From an uncultured Candidatus Poseidoniales archaeon (GTDB lineage: Archaea; Thermoplasmatota; Poseidoniia; Poseidoniales; CAYMED01): 64,000 bases of DNA. Below the pieces are notes generated by a model. The model was not told the DNA's origin. It ran no database searches and saw only the letters and a program-made list of their open reading frames with translations. The stretch lies in assembly GCA_964389655.1 (NCBI GenBank), contig CAYMED010000005.1:33081-97080 (forward strand), in the 5' to 3' direction. Positions 21,901 to 29,238 of the stretch are shown one piece after another. The position numbers and the translations under genes were made by a program. How positions within the stretch are numbered: the first letter of the stretch is position 1; each line of letters starts with the position of its first letter.

Positions 21901-23186
21901 ATTACAGTGGTGGTCTATTTGCCCAATTACCAGATCGTGTAACGATTGAGAGAACCATTGAGGCAAGCCGTATCAGGGACCACAGCGTTGATGTTGACCT
22001 GATATATGCAAATGGATCTGTTGCCGATGCCCTTTCATTGCAATCAGCGCGTGATGTCAATGACCATTATGCCCCTGTGTTAGTACAAGCTCGTGTCTCC
22101 TACTTGGGGACTGAGTCTCTCGATGAGATTCAACTGACGGCTTCAATGGGGGTGGGTACTACGATTCCAACTAGTTGGAACCTGACTTTTTCAGATTCTG
22201 AGAATGGCCCTTGGAATCAAACAAAGGATCTCACATTGGGCCTTGACTCAGAATCAAGTGCTGTGGTTTGGGTGCGCGTATTGCCTCCTCCCGCGAATGA
22301 AAGCACTGCTAAAACAGGAGGGGATGTTGTGCAGATACGCGCAAACAGTGGGAGTACAACCAAAGAATCGACTTTCAAGATCGAACTAGATCCAAAGCGG
22401 GAGGTTGTTGTGCGAATACTTACTGAAACTCTTTCCCTGGGCCGTGGGAGTTCTGGAGAGGTTGAATTATCGATTGACAACCTCGGAAATGGCGAGGAGA
22501 AACTCGAGTTTGAGCTCGTAGGTAATCCCTTCCCCGCGGCATGGTCCGTACCAACTCCAAGTTCTGCAGTTGTAGATGCACGCATTGAAAACCGCACGCA
22601 TTTGATTCCAATCAATGCACCCATTGATGCGGATGTTACCTATAGCGAGACAATTCAATACCTAATCCGGGGTGAAGATGGAAATGTTAGAGCAGAAGTC
22701 TCGTTCAAACTCGATATTGCGCAGGCCGATGTGCGTATTATTTCAGTACGGCAGGCAAACATTGCTACAGTTGGTGGCTCCATTCTTGTTGACGTCGATG
22801 TGGTCAATGATGGTCCAATTACGACTTCTGAGATGACGGTCTGGGTCAATGCAACAGATAATTCTAGAAATGCATCTTTACCTTTCCAATTAGAGGGGGG
22901 TCAAAACCGCACCCTTTCTCTTACACTTCCTTCGGGTGATCGAGTTTCTACCTTTGAAATTGATGTAGATCTTGATATTGGGGAGACTGACCATGTTTCA
23001 GGTCTGCATTGTGATATCGGTGTCAAAGATGATCACTGCCAACAAATTCGCCTAACTGTTGATGCAACTCAACTTTCAGAGCCGAGTAATGCATTGCCAA
23101 TTGTCATCGCTTTAGTGCTTGCAGCAATTGCAATTGCAATTGTCTTGCAACGCATCCAGAAGTCTCCCAAAGGACCGAGATTCTGA
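12981..23186 (+). CDS. aglB: Giant (3401 aa) STT3/AglB oligosaccharyltransferase with extra N-terminal membrane region, long Ig/transthyretin-like stalk, CARDB-like domain and C-terminal TM
   Basis: GSDPWY, YP.G..NPRPPLF, DHD (15198), TIAE (15822), RF, SWWDYG (WWDYG at 16593-16607) and HPTVADNFQ motifs. These are followed by repeated beta-sandwich units (e.g. TDAEGLYEF..LPPGTY, VDENGTFAMYIPEGDY, GKVFYDLDGDN) and a terminal TM + KSPKGPRF. Confidence 0.9.
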   Translation: MDDHENEIDRSPPVALGFLVPLVAVLLAWMAVEVAGVDSLRMEGIEMNLGVLFAAAAASLVTARMVNLPKNSFFTPVRFSGLLLIGSAIGVWCLVEFTYIIVWVAILCGLLLALGHSALDRGRFEEWTIAIFAISGLIAAAYVGAWSSEYAYLPDSRTDTDEDGLQDWYENSRMEHLDSNLADLSKSGGDTISPFEATHSIRPSEGNWTNLSITIPPVGDDSLGHFAVLIVDDDTVSSEGPIFQSGSAYASLQSGTSSVGRNQNGFSWTGSYNFTETTGLTLALSTASQTGRIEVVLIEMNSGENLADASARGSSLLSVTPKLLDPAFADSNGDGISDASTMLEGNEQAEGSIQMSLGVSENTIVDAKRLITGQLFFAIVFTSIVLGFLVAVLQRGILLPEGSAGWWSFMPQPSGRTPSRAALPLYVALFAGVLGFLLEFISFSLATPVERISQVMPQSVFCADETGFGSLFGVNCGVHFIGSWWPILNFAASLIIAYLWSERMRTRALMGGATWILYTASSWQEMGMWSTPILEGSSGKLLWFGITFITFIAIYLWSTHEKYGQWSPRNERGQASMWLSSHGRTVMLWTAFAVGLAVRIQWNVVPAMNASGTSGWDMTGGSDPWYMKRAIDYVLAQHAHFMFDPDRAYPIGDINPRPPLFGWSIALAATLLGTLTGMDIQSEAVWWALGFMPAFFGALIVFPIYALTKDVFDKNSAIIASWLIALMPGHVSHSTFALADHDAYVLLFLSLAYFCYLRAVKEAGMDRLVKKISWRPQHIIAAFSAVHRERPKAVIWAILAGISMAAVALGWKGFVYGLGILYIAFFLQVAVNLFRRTDSTALSVIMIEMQLVVILISLPFYGHPSLGLLSDPTGFQPLFYIFGFTVVTAFIAVSYRDKPWLLVLGTGIATAMVFLVTLWILLWADISNAWNVLFTGGGYFSKNKIFGTIAEAQAPARGVLFGSFGPFVGIFALFGGFVALWHGLKRRQANMVVISVWTLVSAYMAWTAGRFVFNATPPIAVVGAWSFVVLWGKVGGTDFAKTWRRLGVSTPRARISATRASLRRHPWLGAVSLVFLIIAAQHVSYGVDAGIPRGSSSMQRVDQAFYDIAPDLLRTEFLGLSVMNSQPHEGACDQRGYQPCRYLNSFGPGFNGPSWNKAYDWLAHQDLTHPDANTSEQCTALSGIWHADSAVCEQRFGDRPAFVSWWDYGFQALSQGQHPTVADNFQTGIPSSGNMLLSRGQDDLLALFITRLADGDRQAYDASVDGDCGEALGRCFTRSFNAALDAHFTNTSELEEFKALHAGLTSTIAKNRFLAVKQTAGTVILAEGAEIIGGMPTGNTIWKVYDNRNPIACSQNCRGDAYATEAAALQVFDDRSASRESTQTTTHYIIGDYWYTADTLDEFDSVATSLHRSNARIALMRNFLSNSQTMNQMVDLYANLTKISYSVKDSFGQIGDTLERNHDIRYFAVDNRLYPLGGRYNEDANYHGGQPQGIFHAPTRLAGLDLEHHLATTYETMRGTGGLVDEMTAAEYEETMRTESLAQTSNDQRTTLKDIRVDQDPIFFETMVARTYVGYGATSLGLPDAAQPNPHFQYSSGTPSTALQSAYPLPGAMLNHFVISNWDEVDSSNPYFSKANTGVKVLKYYHGLEINGKVTLDIDGKPGAGGVRLLVERDAFSGEMGDDDQAVYWIPIAAVDAEPDGSFHVRVPAGKIRITAFVGQTDLDTARTSLQTSNVRDMIYDLIDAEGGSARTVNTITGILGGVAGMQWLSQEEIIVLGDEASEPGHHRSVELTVSPSGADGVLSWTGLEEFENIAVEDVNVRLENIDNGFTYNFTTSNGSYDGSRLIVGEGEAEFIDEPGQFDADGIATVNRFTGNLTRTIESGHIYADSGHYSGTGWFNGTIDDDSSSWSSCNSNGTMPENASRCLASPTSVQLRADSVNGTGRFAADSTSTFTKSLVSARYVGSGSFEGVGIANGTGRFNGSGIFSGPMIKQGSFYFVDAMPGRYNVSIDFGPNQSALLPEPLLITLEPVTDLALQVGASRIHGELRDHLNDPVSLNLSLILAENEALISMEETDAEGLYEFSPLPPGTYWLRTDTDLDGLYEYNQTFIFDAEPSNETFSPPFLPMIDLDLTIRWDNGSGLVPVPEGHMINLTSPDGQFSEVAIANETGQTRLEIPKVEGVSFLVVETANTAAGPQILTFEVSLGSDQTLVLDYQPSAVVSGTLRIQDPGQQTGFSTPKGVDVHYTWGNYSLASKSADEGVWSQYLPASVNVNITAQTFGPTVGGIRVNVPADGLTGQLINMESAVTVTGQLIMAASNVSYDGQLPGWLFAEIMAVNQATDANGLVWKSSVDEMGQYQFAIPDGTYDVSVSESRLGMAPFSLTVVFDENSTVFRDITLEPDNITVNLSIFLDSGRDGDLANGTLRPTTIILNPYGRMHGSILEINATDMVDGNGTTLANISVSLAPGLYEVLLEPELAEDPNASDHQQRPNAEILIPVEVDGDVKHHNITLAPEWLFTGELQSFAIGDSGDNLVRNTSFLLEPANSSDGLTPVDVPVDENGTFAMYIPEGDYVILVDAFLPKEGEGRELLRQALSVQPNNGVSRTNLTLTTSQPATVNLTLWMDAGNGSALAATAVKAVSNSGLGNVTLPPLNSSGFASAELMPGNWSLELNETIGDQRHILADSARDLGVLNAGSTKMVNLTSSTSVRIGGKVFYDLDGDNLWDQDESLMGAEVQITNSTSSVSLNSTSDGTGTWVTFVPVDLNYSIHISMDGYDNSSFSRKINSTHDSNDTALTAGEVPINGTVSWALSDPLPIDAVVRILPVIGQDSDRSREVTLPLVNGTWNGTWEQLVSPGDYVVYASANHSSEVIGYVGVTYVHVGVNGTDTVSVTLDVGALLKLDSTWTNYDGNSTHLGELPAELAVVQISIDLEDGRNWNETIDSDGTVELLLPVSGVQADVEFSLVERGRMMNYSGGLFAQLPDRVTIERTIEASRIRDHSVDVDLIYANGSVADALSLQSARDVNDHYAPVLVQARVSYLGTESLDEIQLTASMGVGTTIPTSWNLTFSDSENGPWNQTKDLTLGLDSESSAVVWVRVLPPPANESTAKTGGDVVQIRANSGSTTKESTFKIELDPKREVVVRILTETLSLGRGSSGEVELSIDNLGNGEEKLEFELVGNPFPAAWSVPTPSSAVVDARIENRTHLIPINAPIDADVTYSETIQYLIRGEDGNVRAEVSFKLDIAQADVRIISVRQANIATVGGSILVDVDVVNDGPITTSEMTVWVNATDNSRNASLPFQLEGGQNRTLSLTLPSGDRVSTFEIDVDLDIGETDHVSGLHCDIGVKDDHCQQIRLTVDATQLSEPSNALPIVIALVLAAIAIAIVLQRIQKSPKGPRF

Positions 23187-23210
23187 TGACCTGTCACGTT
23201 TTCGACAGGT

Positions 23211-24473
23211 TTGATGAGGGGACCAATCCGTGGGGTCGAGTACCTTTCTGAGCCAGACCTTCCACAGGCTTACAGCGCCATTGACCCTTTGGCAGATGGG
23301 TATGGGAGTAATGATGGGCGAACGAGCCGCCCATTGTGGCGAGATGGATTAGATAACGTTCGTTCCTCAAGACGCTCTTCGCGAAGGTCAGGGATCAATA
23401 TTCTCTTCATTACTTGCTTGGCCCTATTAGGCTGGTCTGCAGCACCCCCTCTTTTTGGAATGTGGGGTGACCTTCTTGAAAGTGAATTAACCGATTCTGA
23501 TGCACTTGAATGGCCTTTTGTATCAAGTGGTATCTATGCCTTAGCAGAATCCGAATCGCTGACGGGAAAAGGCGTACGCGTTTGTGTCGTTGATACTGGG
23601 ATTAATGCAAACCACCCGGATTTTTCATCGACAAAGATCGTATTTCGAGATTTCTTGGGCCTTTCTGAAGTACCAATTGATCGTGCAACTTCGACACACG
23701 GTACGATGATGGCAGGCCTTCTTGCAGCAAATGGGACTCTTCGTGGTGCAGCACCCGATGTCACCCTCCTTGTTGCAGTTGCTTTGGGCGATGATGTTGC
23801 CTCATCAGGTACGGATGATCGCGTTTCCCGTGCAATAGAGTGGTGTTGGAAAGAGCAAAATTCTGACATTATTTCGTTGAGCTTAGGTGGGGCTGCTGAT
23901 GTCAGCAATCCAATGGGTTCTCGAACAGTGGAACAAGTTGAGATGGCACTAGATCGCGGTGTCTTTGTCGTAGCTGCAGCTGGAAATGATGGTGGAGCGG
24001 GTGATGATGGATTTGTGGCTACGCCTGCAAATGTGGATGATGTAATTGCAGTTGGCGCCATATCAAGAAATAGTACTTTGTGGGATTTCAGCAGTGCAGG
24101 GTCCTCGATTGAAGGAGCGAGTGGAAAACCTCGGCATGCCCCTGATCAAAAGCCAGAACTCGTAGCCCCAGGTGCTTCCATTATTTCGACTGGTGCAGGC
24201 GCCCTATATTTTCAATCATCGGGTACCTCTGATGCTACGGTATTCGTAACAGGTGCGCTAGCTCTTGTTCTTGAGGCTGAACCAGAACTTCAGAGTTCAC
24301 ATCCTCGCGCAGGAAGGGGAACAATAGCACTCGTCAAAGAAGCGCTTAAATCGAGTGCACAGCCAACACCTTACCAAGCAGAAAGTGGGCACGATTTACG
24401 CTATGGATATGGTGCACTAGATGCCGTAAAATTTCATGCAGAGGTTTCTGCTGCTCTGAATTTAAATTCCTGA
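23211..24473 (+). CDS. Membrane-anchored S8 subtilisin-like serine protease
   Basis: Catalytic triad motifs VVDTG, HGTMMAG and SGTSDAT, oxyanion AAAGND, KPELVAPG, YGYG; one TM near aa 62-80. Start uncertain. Confidence 0.9.
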   Translation: MMRGPIRGVEYLSEPDLPQAYSAIDPLADGYGSNDGRTSRPLWRDGLDNVRSSRRSSRRSGINILFITCLALLGWSAAPPLFGMWGDLLESELTDSDALEWPFVSSGIYALAESESLTGKGVRVCVVDTGINANHPDFSSTKIVFRDFLGLSEVPIDRATSTHGTMMAGLLAANGTLRGAAPDVTLLVAVALGDDVASSGTDDRVSRAIEWCWKEQNSDIISLSLGGAADVSNPMGSRTVEQVEMALDRGVFVVAAAGNDGGAGDDGFVATPANVDDVIAVGAISRNSTLWDFSSAGSSIEGASGKPRHAPDQKPELVAPGASIISTGAGALYFQSSGTSDATVFVTGALALVLEAEPELQSSHPRAGRGTIALVKEALKSSAQPTPYQAESGHDLRYGYGALDAVKFHAEVSAALNLNS

Positions 24474-24724
24474 CTTATCCTCCCAACCGATTCCTTGATT
24501 ATGTCCGCCTATGTTGCTGATTCAGCAGGGTACACGGTCCTTGAATGGATTCTCCTTGCACGTAGCCTTATTTTGGGCTCATTTCCTGATACATTCTGGT
24601 GTATTCGATCCCTTTTCCGATACTCCTGCTGCATATTGATTCCGCGCCACCAAGCATGGGAGAGCAGCCATCCATTCATCGATTCAGAATTCTTTGGGAA
24701 TAGGGGCTCGTGGACCAATGGGCC

Positions 24725-24730
24725 TTATAA
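24725..24730 (+). promoter_or_regulatory. TATA box for a probably leaderless transcript of 24755..29221
   Basis: TTATAA begins 30 nt upstream of the ATG, matching archaeal TATA-to-start spacing. Confidence 0.55.
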
Positions 24731-24754
24731 TCGAATGCAAAGGGTGCACGCCTG

Positions 24755-27700
24755 ATGATGTCCTCGCGCCCTACCGAGTATCGCTCCCCTCGCAAGACAC
24801 TTGTGATGTTGAATGTCTTGATTTTCAGTGCACTTGCCATTGTGCTTGGTCCTATATCGTCCGTTTCTGCAGCCACAGCGGCAGGTGAGATCACGGGAAT
24901 GGAGACTTGGTCAGGGACACATACAGTTACTGGTGACATTCTCATCCGGACGGGCGCTCAAGTCACAATTCAACCAGGGACGACAGTTAGCATGGCGAAT
25001 GGATCAAGCATTACCGTGCAAGGAAATTTGTGCATTGCGTCTACTTGTGCATCACAACCCGCATCTGCGGGTACATCGCATGTCCGCTTCATTTGGCAAG
25101 CGCCTGCAAATCCAGAAGCCTATGGTGAATGTTATGGTAAAATCCTGAGTAGAGCCGGTACGGCTTCTAAACAAGTATGGTATAGGGACCCAAGTTGCGG
25201 TGAGGGCATAATTCTCGAAAATTCAATTGATCGTAGCATTTCAATATTTGAGAATGTCACTTTCCAAAATGCATATGGCATTCCTTTTCTGACAAAAGAT
25301 GGCACAATTCACTCGGCAGCGCTAGTTCTCTCAGGTCCATCAGTTGACCTTAGAAACATTGAATTCAATCAAATTAACACTTCCAATTTATTGGCAACAG
25401 ACAACACTGTGGCAAATATAGTGAATAGCAAATTCAGCGTTGGCGTAGATGAGAATGATGCTGATAGAGGAGCAATAATTGCCTACAATTCTGGCGGTAT
25501 AACACCTTTCTCGATATCTTATTCCTCATTTGAGGGGACTGGTCGCGGATGCGGGCAAGGTTCCAATGCGCGTAGCGTACTTTGGTCGGAATTGAGTTAT
25601 GTTCAGCTGGTCGGAAATCAGATTCCAGGTGGGGATTATGGTTTTTCATTCAAGGAAAGTACCGGTATCGTTCGTGAGAATAATTTCCAAGTAACCTGTA
25701 ATGGGATCGATCTAATGGGCCAAAAATTACTCAATCAAGTTCCATCTGCCATGGAGATTCGTGAAAACACATTCAATTCTCAACAGGGGTCCCCGGTAAC
25801 CGCTTATGATAACGCATTTGCTGTCATTGACAGTAACAAGATGGAAGGTGCAGAACAAGGCTCTGGAGTCCAAGTCAAAAAGTCGATCGTTCGTATTTCA
25901 AATAATGTGATTGGCCCAATTTCAGGTTTCAACGGCATCTGGGTCTTAGGTCAAAGTGAGGTTGTGATTGACAACAACACGCTCACTGGAATTTCTAAAG
26001 AACCCATTCTCCTTAATGAGTATCAATTTCGCAGCCAAAATGCTCCAGACCCCAAATATGCCTTGATCGAGAATAATGTCATTGATGACGTGCAGGGTAC
26101 GTGTAGTGGCTCAACATTGACTGGTGTAGATGAATATCCATGCCCCGCGATAATGGTATACATGGCAGCAGCAACGATTTTGGACAATACAATCTCAAAT
26201 ACAGTTACTGGGATTGATGTTCGTGGAGGGATCGTTGACGTTCGAAGGAACAATATTTCCGCCACCGGATCTGCTTTCTTGGTCAGACATTATGATAACA
26301 AAGACAGCCGTGTTGCAGGTGCTTCTCCCAATGACGAATTTGCCGCATTAGGATATTTTGAGAATAATGACCTCTCAAGTCAGGCTCCTTCTCAAGCCTA
26401 TAATGTGACAAAGTCAAGAGTGTTGGTGCAGTCTGAGTTCGTGCCAGCAACAATTGGACAGCCAATTCGTCTATCTTGGGAGGGATATGAGAATGAAAAT
26501 GTATCTTTATGGCCTAGCCTTCTCCCTTATGTGCCTGCATCTTTCCCGATGGATGTACGAGTGCAAGCAAATGCAACAATTTTCCAATTTGCGGACTTGT
26601 CGAATTTTGATATTTCAAAGATCCAAGTCAGCGCAGGTAATCCTTCACCTTGGGTAGTTCAGGTGCAGCGGAGCGAATTGGTTAGGATGCAGGTGAAAAT
26701 TAATGGTATCAAGGTTAATGATGCAGCAGTAGCTGTAAAAGATGCCATGGGCATAGAACTATTCAATGTCACTACTGACACATTGGGTTTTACGCCATGG
26801 ATCTCCTTGCCAAGTGATTTTCACCTAGATTTCAGGGGAAATGGGGATAATCCAAATCAGCAAGTGGGAGATCCCGGAGAGAATTCTTGCTCAGATGGGT
26901 TCGATAATGATGGAGACTTGGTAATGGATCTGCAAGACCCTGATTGCCAAGGTGGGGCCACTCGAGAACTCTCAAAGTATAATGTATGGGCATATAAATG
27001 GGGTGTTGGCCGGCATGATTCATCATTTACGCTCACAGGATTTAGGGATACAACAATCGATTTGTCCAATCCAGCTCCTTCTTTGAGTGTTGTACAGCAA
27101 GATGGAACTTCATTTGCCCGAGAAATTTCAGTATCTGGTTCAGCTCATGATGGCACACGTAGGACCACGTTCAACCATGACTGCCGCTTACTTCCAGATC
27201 GTTGTACAATTGAGCAACAGGCCTCAATGGGGGGGACTGTTGAACGTGTCGAAGTTCAACTTCCAAATACCAATTCATGGATCGCTCCACGATATGGTGT
27301 GGATACATCAGGTGCGCCATCTGGAACTGGGCCAGATACTGTCAATCACACTAATCATCCCTACAGTTATTGGTCATTCAACTACGATATGAGTGGTGAG
27401 CAAGAAGGTGATTATCTCTTCAAATTTAGGTCATTTGATGGAAATGACTACGGGGCCGAAGTGGAGAGGGTTTTCAAACTCAATATGGAAGCCCCTACTG
27501 TCTATGTGGATACACCTGGTGATGGTGCAACATTTGTTGCAGGGTCAGGTTCCGGTGGTTCGTCAATTGTTACATTTAGTGGTTCTGCGACAGACCGATA
27601 CAGTGGTTCATTTGGCGCAAGTACGGTTGATACGAGTGATATATCTCACATATGGATACGAATTACCCCCCCCACGGGAGCAACAGAGATCGCAAAGACA

Positions 27701-29221
27701 CCAGGCGGCCGCGCTTGGTCATGGTCTTGGGACTTCTCGAATTGGGCCTCGGGAGAGTATATTTTCGAAATTTGGGCCTCTGACGGGGATTTCTGTGACA
27801 GAGAATCGACTGCGGACTGTCCTCCTGTCGAGTTGAAGATTAACATCCAAAACTCGAACAAGGCTCCTACCCCTCCTGAATTTGAAACAATTAATGGAAA
27901 TCCGATAGGTTTCAGTGATGCCGTTGAATTTACGACCGGGCCTGCAACGTCTATCTCGGGCACGGTAACTGATCGTGATGGGGGTAATATCTCTCGAGTA
28001 ATTGCAGAATATCGCTCGAAGCAGGCCGCGGTAGATGCGCCTTGGACTCAGATATACAATGTCAACCCTCCTGTTCCTCCATCGAATACTTGGTCTCTCA
28101 CATGGGACACCACCAGTTTGAGTGATGCTTACACTTACGACTTACGTGTTCGCGCCTATGACGAAGATGATGCTGCGAGTGACTGGGCAATGCAATCTTT
28201 TGTCGCGTTGAAGCCAGGTGGTGGCGGTATCAATAGCCCTCCGACCTTCAACAATACGGGTTGGGAAGGTGTGCTCGAATTGATGTGTGATCCATATTCT
28301 TCTAGCAGTCAACGTTGCGGTCCAGCAGGGGAGGGCTTGATCATTGATCTGGCTAGGTTCATCGAGGATCCTGATGACGACCGTATCCAAGTTAGGCCAT
28401 ATATCCCTTCTGATGCAACATCAATTGAGAAGGCAAGATATGAGTTGGTGAAGTGTACGGGGAATCTGGTATGTGTATACAATCCATCACTTGCAGCAGG
28501 AATTACTCTTGCCGAAGATAATCTTGCAGATTGGTGGATTGAAGGATTGAGGTTTGAGTTCTCTGATCTGCTTAACGATCCCATTTATTCTGATAAAATT
28601 GATCTCAGAATTCTTGAACAACCCTTTGTTCTCCTTCCTTCATCTGATCCCGTATCTGAAATGGGGGGCGAATATCGCGGTATTGGCCTTCCCCTTTTCG
28701 AGGTACACATCATCGTGAATGGTTTGAAAAAGGATGAAACTCAGGTTGACAAAGATGGTTATTGGGCTTTAGAATTGCAGCGAACATGGTTAGGTGTGGG
28801 TGATAATAAGATTGAGTTCACCTATTGGAGGCCGGAAACCAATATCGCGGAGCAAATGATTTCAGCAGATCCGATCATCATTGAAGGCGATGCAGACCGG
28901 AGTTTATTGTCGATTGCTTTCAGTGAGGAGAATGAAGTAATTTCATGGAGCATAATCGGTGTAATCTTACTTGCTCTTTTGGTCATTGCTTTCTTCGCAT
29001 TCTTTGTCGAGATCGAGGAAGATGGTGCCGAACCTGACTTCCCAGATTCAACGCAACAGGGCAAGGCTCAGGATCCTTATGCATGGGCGCACCAAGCACA
29101 AGTTAGCGATGCTAGTTTACCAGTTTCACCGGCATCTGCACCACAGGAGCAAGCTCATACTGCGCCAGGATGGCGCTGGGATCCAGTTGCAAACCAGTGG
29201 GTTCCTGACGATTCACAGTGA
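24755..29221 (+). CDS. Large surface protein: right-handed parallel beta-helix, Ig-like domains, C-terminal TM and cytoplasmic tail
   Basis: Signal peptide; repeated I..N.I/F strands (IRENTF, ISNNVI, IDNNTL, IENNVI); CSDGFDNDGD..D..DPDC metal-binding loop; Ig-like W...WDT motifs; TM; tail ending GWRWDPVANQWVPD. Confidence 0.8.
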   Translation: MMSSRPTEYRSPRKTLVMLNVLIFSALAIVLGPISSVSAATAAGEITGMETWSGTHTVTGDILIRTGAQVTIQPGTTVSMANGSSITVQGNLCIASTCASQPASAGTSHVRFIWQAPANPEAYGECYGKILSRAGTASKQVWYRDPSCGEGIILENSIDRSISIFENVTFQNAYGIPFLTKDGTIHSAALVLSGPSVDLRNIEFNQINTSNLLATDNTVANIVNSKFSVGVDENDADRGAIIAYNSGGITPFSISYSSFEGTGRGCGQGSNARSVLWSELSYVQLVGNQIPGGDYGFSFKESTGIVRENNFQVTCNGIDLMGQKLLNQVPSAMEIRENTFNSQQGSPVTAYDNAFAVIDSNKMEGAEQGSGVQVKKSIVRISNNVIGPISGFNGIWVLGQSEVVIDNNTLTGISKEPILLNEYQFRSQNAPDPKYALIENNVIDDVQGTCSGSTLTGVDEYPCPAIMVYMAAATILDNTISNTVTGIDVRGGIVDVRRNNISATGSAFLVRHYDNKDSRVAGASPNDEFAALGYFENNDLSSQAPSQAYNVTKSRVLVQSEFVPATIGQPIRLSWEGYENENVSLWPSLLPYVPASFPMDVRVQANATIFQFADLSNFDISKIQVSAGNPSPWVVQVQRSELVRMQVKINGIKVNDAAVAVKDAMGIELFNVTTDTLGFTPWISLPSDFHLDFRGNGDNPNQQVGDPGENSCSDGFDNDGDLVMDLQDPDCQGGATRELSKYNVWAYKWGVGRHDSSFTLTGFRDTTIDLSNPAPSLSVVQQDGTSFAREISVSGSAHDGTRRTTFNHDCRLLPDRCTIEQQASMGGTVERVEVQLPNTNSWIAPRYGVDTSGAPSGTGPDTVNHTNHPYSYWSFNYDMSGEQEGDYLFKFRSFDGNDYGAEVERVFKLNMEAPTVYVDTPGDGATFVAGSGSGGSSIVTFSGSATDRYSGSFGASTVDTSDISHIWIRITPPTGATEIAKTPGGRAWSWSWDFSNWASGEYIFEIWASDGDFCDRESTADCPPVELKINIQNSNKAPTPPEFETINGNPIGFSDAVEFTTGPATSISGTVTDRDGGNISRVIAEYRSKQAAVDAPWTQIYNVNPPVPPSNTWSLTWDTTSLSDAYTYDLRVRAYDEDDAASDWAMQSFVALKPGGGGINSPPTFNNTGWEGVLELMCDPYSSSSQRCGPAGEGLIIDLARFIEDPDDDRIQVRPYIPSDATSIEKARYELVKCTGNLVCVYNPSLAAGITLAEDNLADWWIEGLRFEFSDLLNDPIYSDKIDLRILEQPFVLLPSSDPVSEMGGEYRGIGLPLFEVHIIVNGLKKDETQVDKDGYWALELQRTWLGVGDNKIEFTYWRPETNIAEQMISADPIIIEGDADRSLLSIAFSEENEVISWSIIGVILLALLVIAFFAFFVEIEEDGAEPDFPDSTQQGKAQDPYAWAHQAQVSDASLPVSPASAPQEQAHTAPGWRWDPVANQWVPDDSQ

Positions 29222-29238
29222 TGTAAGAAGGTGACATA

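Noticed and set aside
12981-23186. Intein or intron as the explanation for the size of AglB
   Set aside because: No intein splice-junction (C/S...HN-C/S/T) or LAGLIDADG motifs noticed; the extra length is surface-domain repeats.
24495-24755. 86-aa (+) and 69-aa (-) ORFs in the long intergenic gap
   Set aside because: No recognisable motif or good start context; left as unexplained intergenic sequence.
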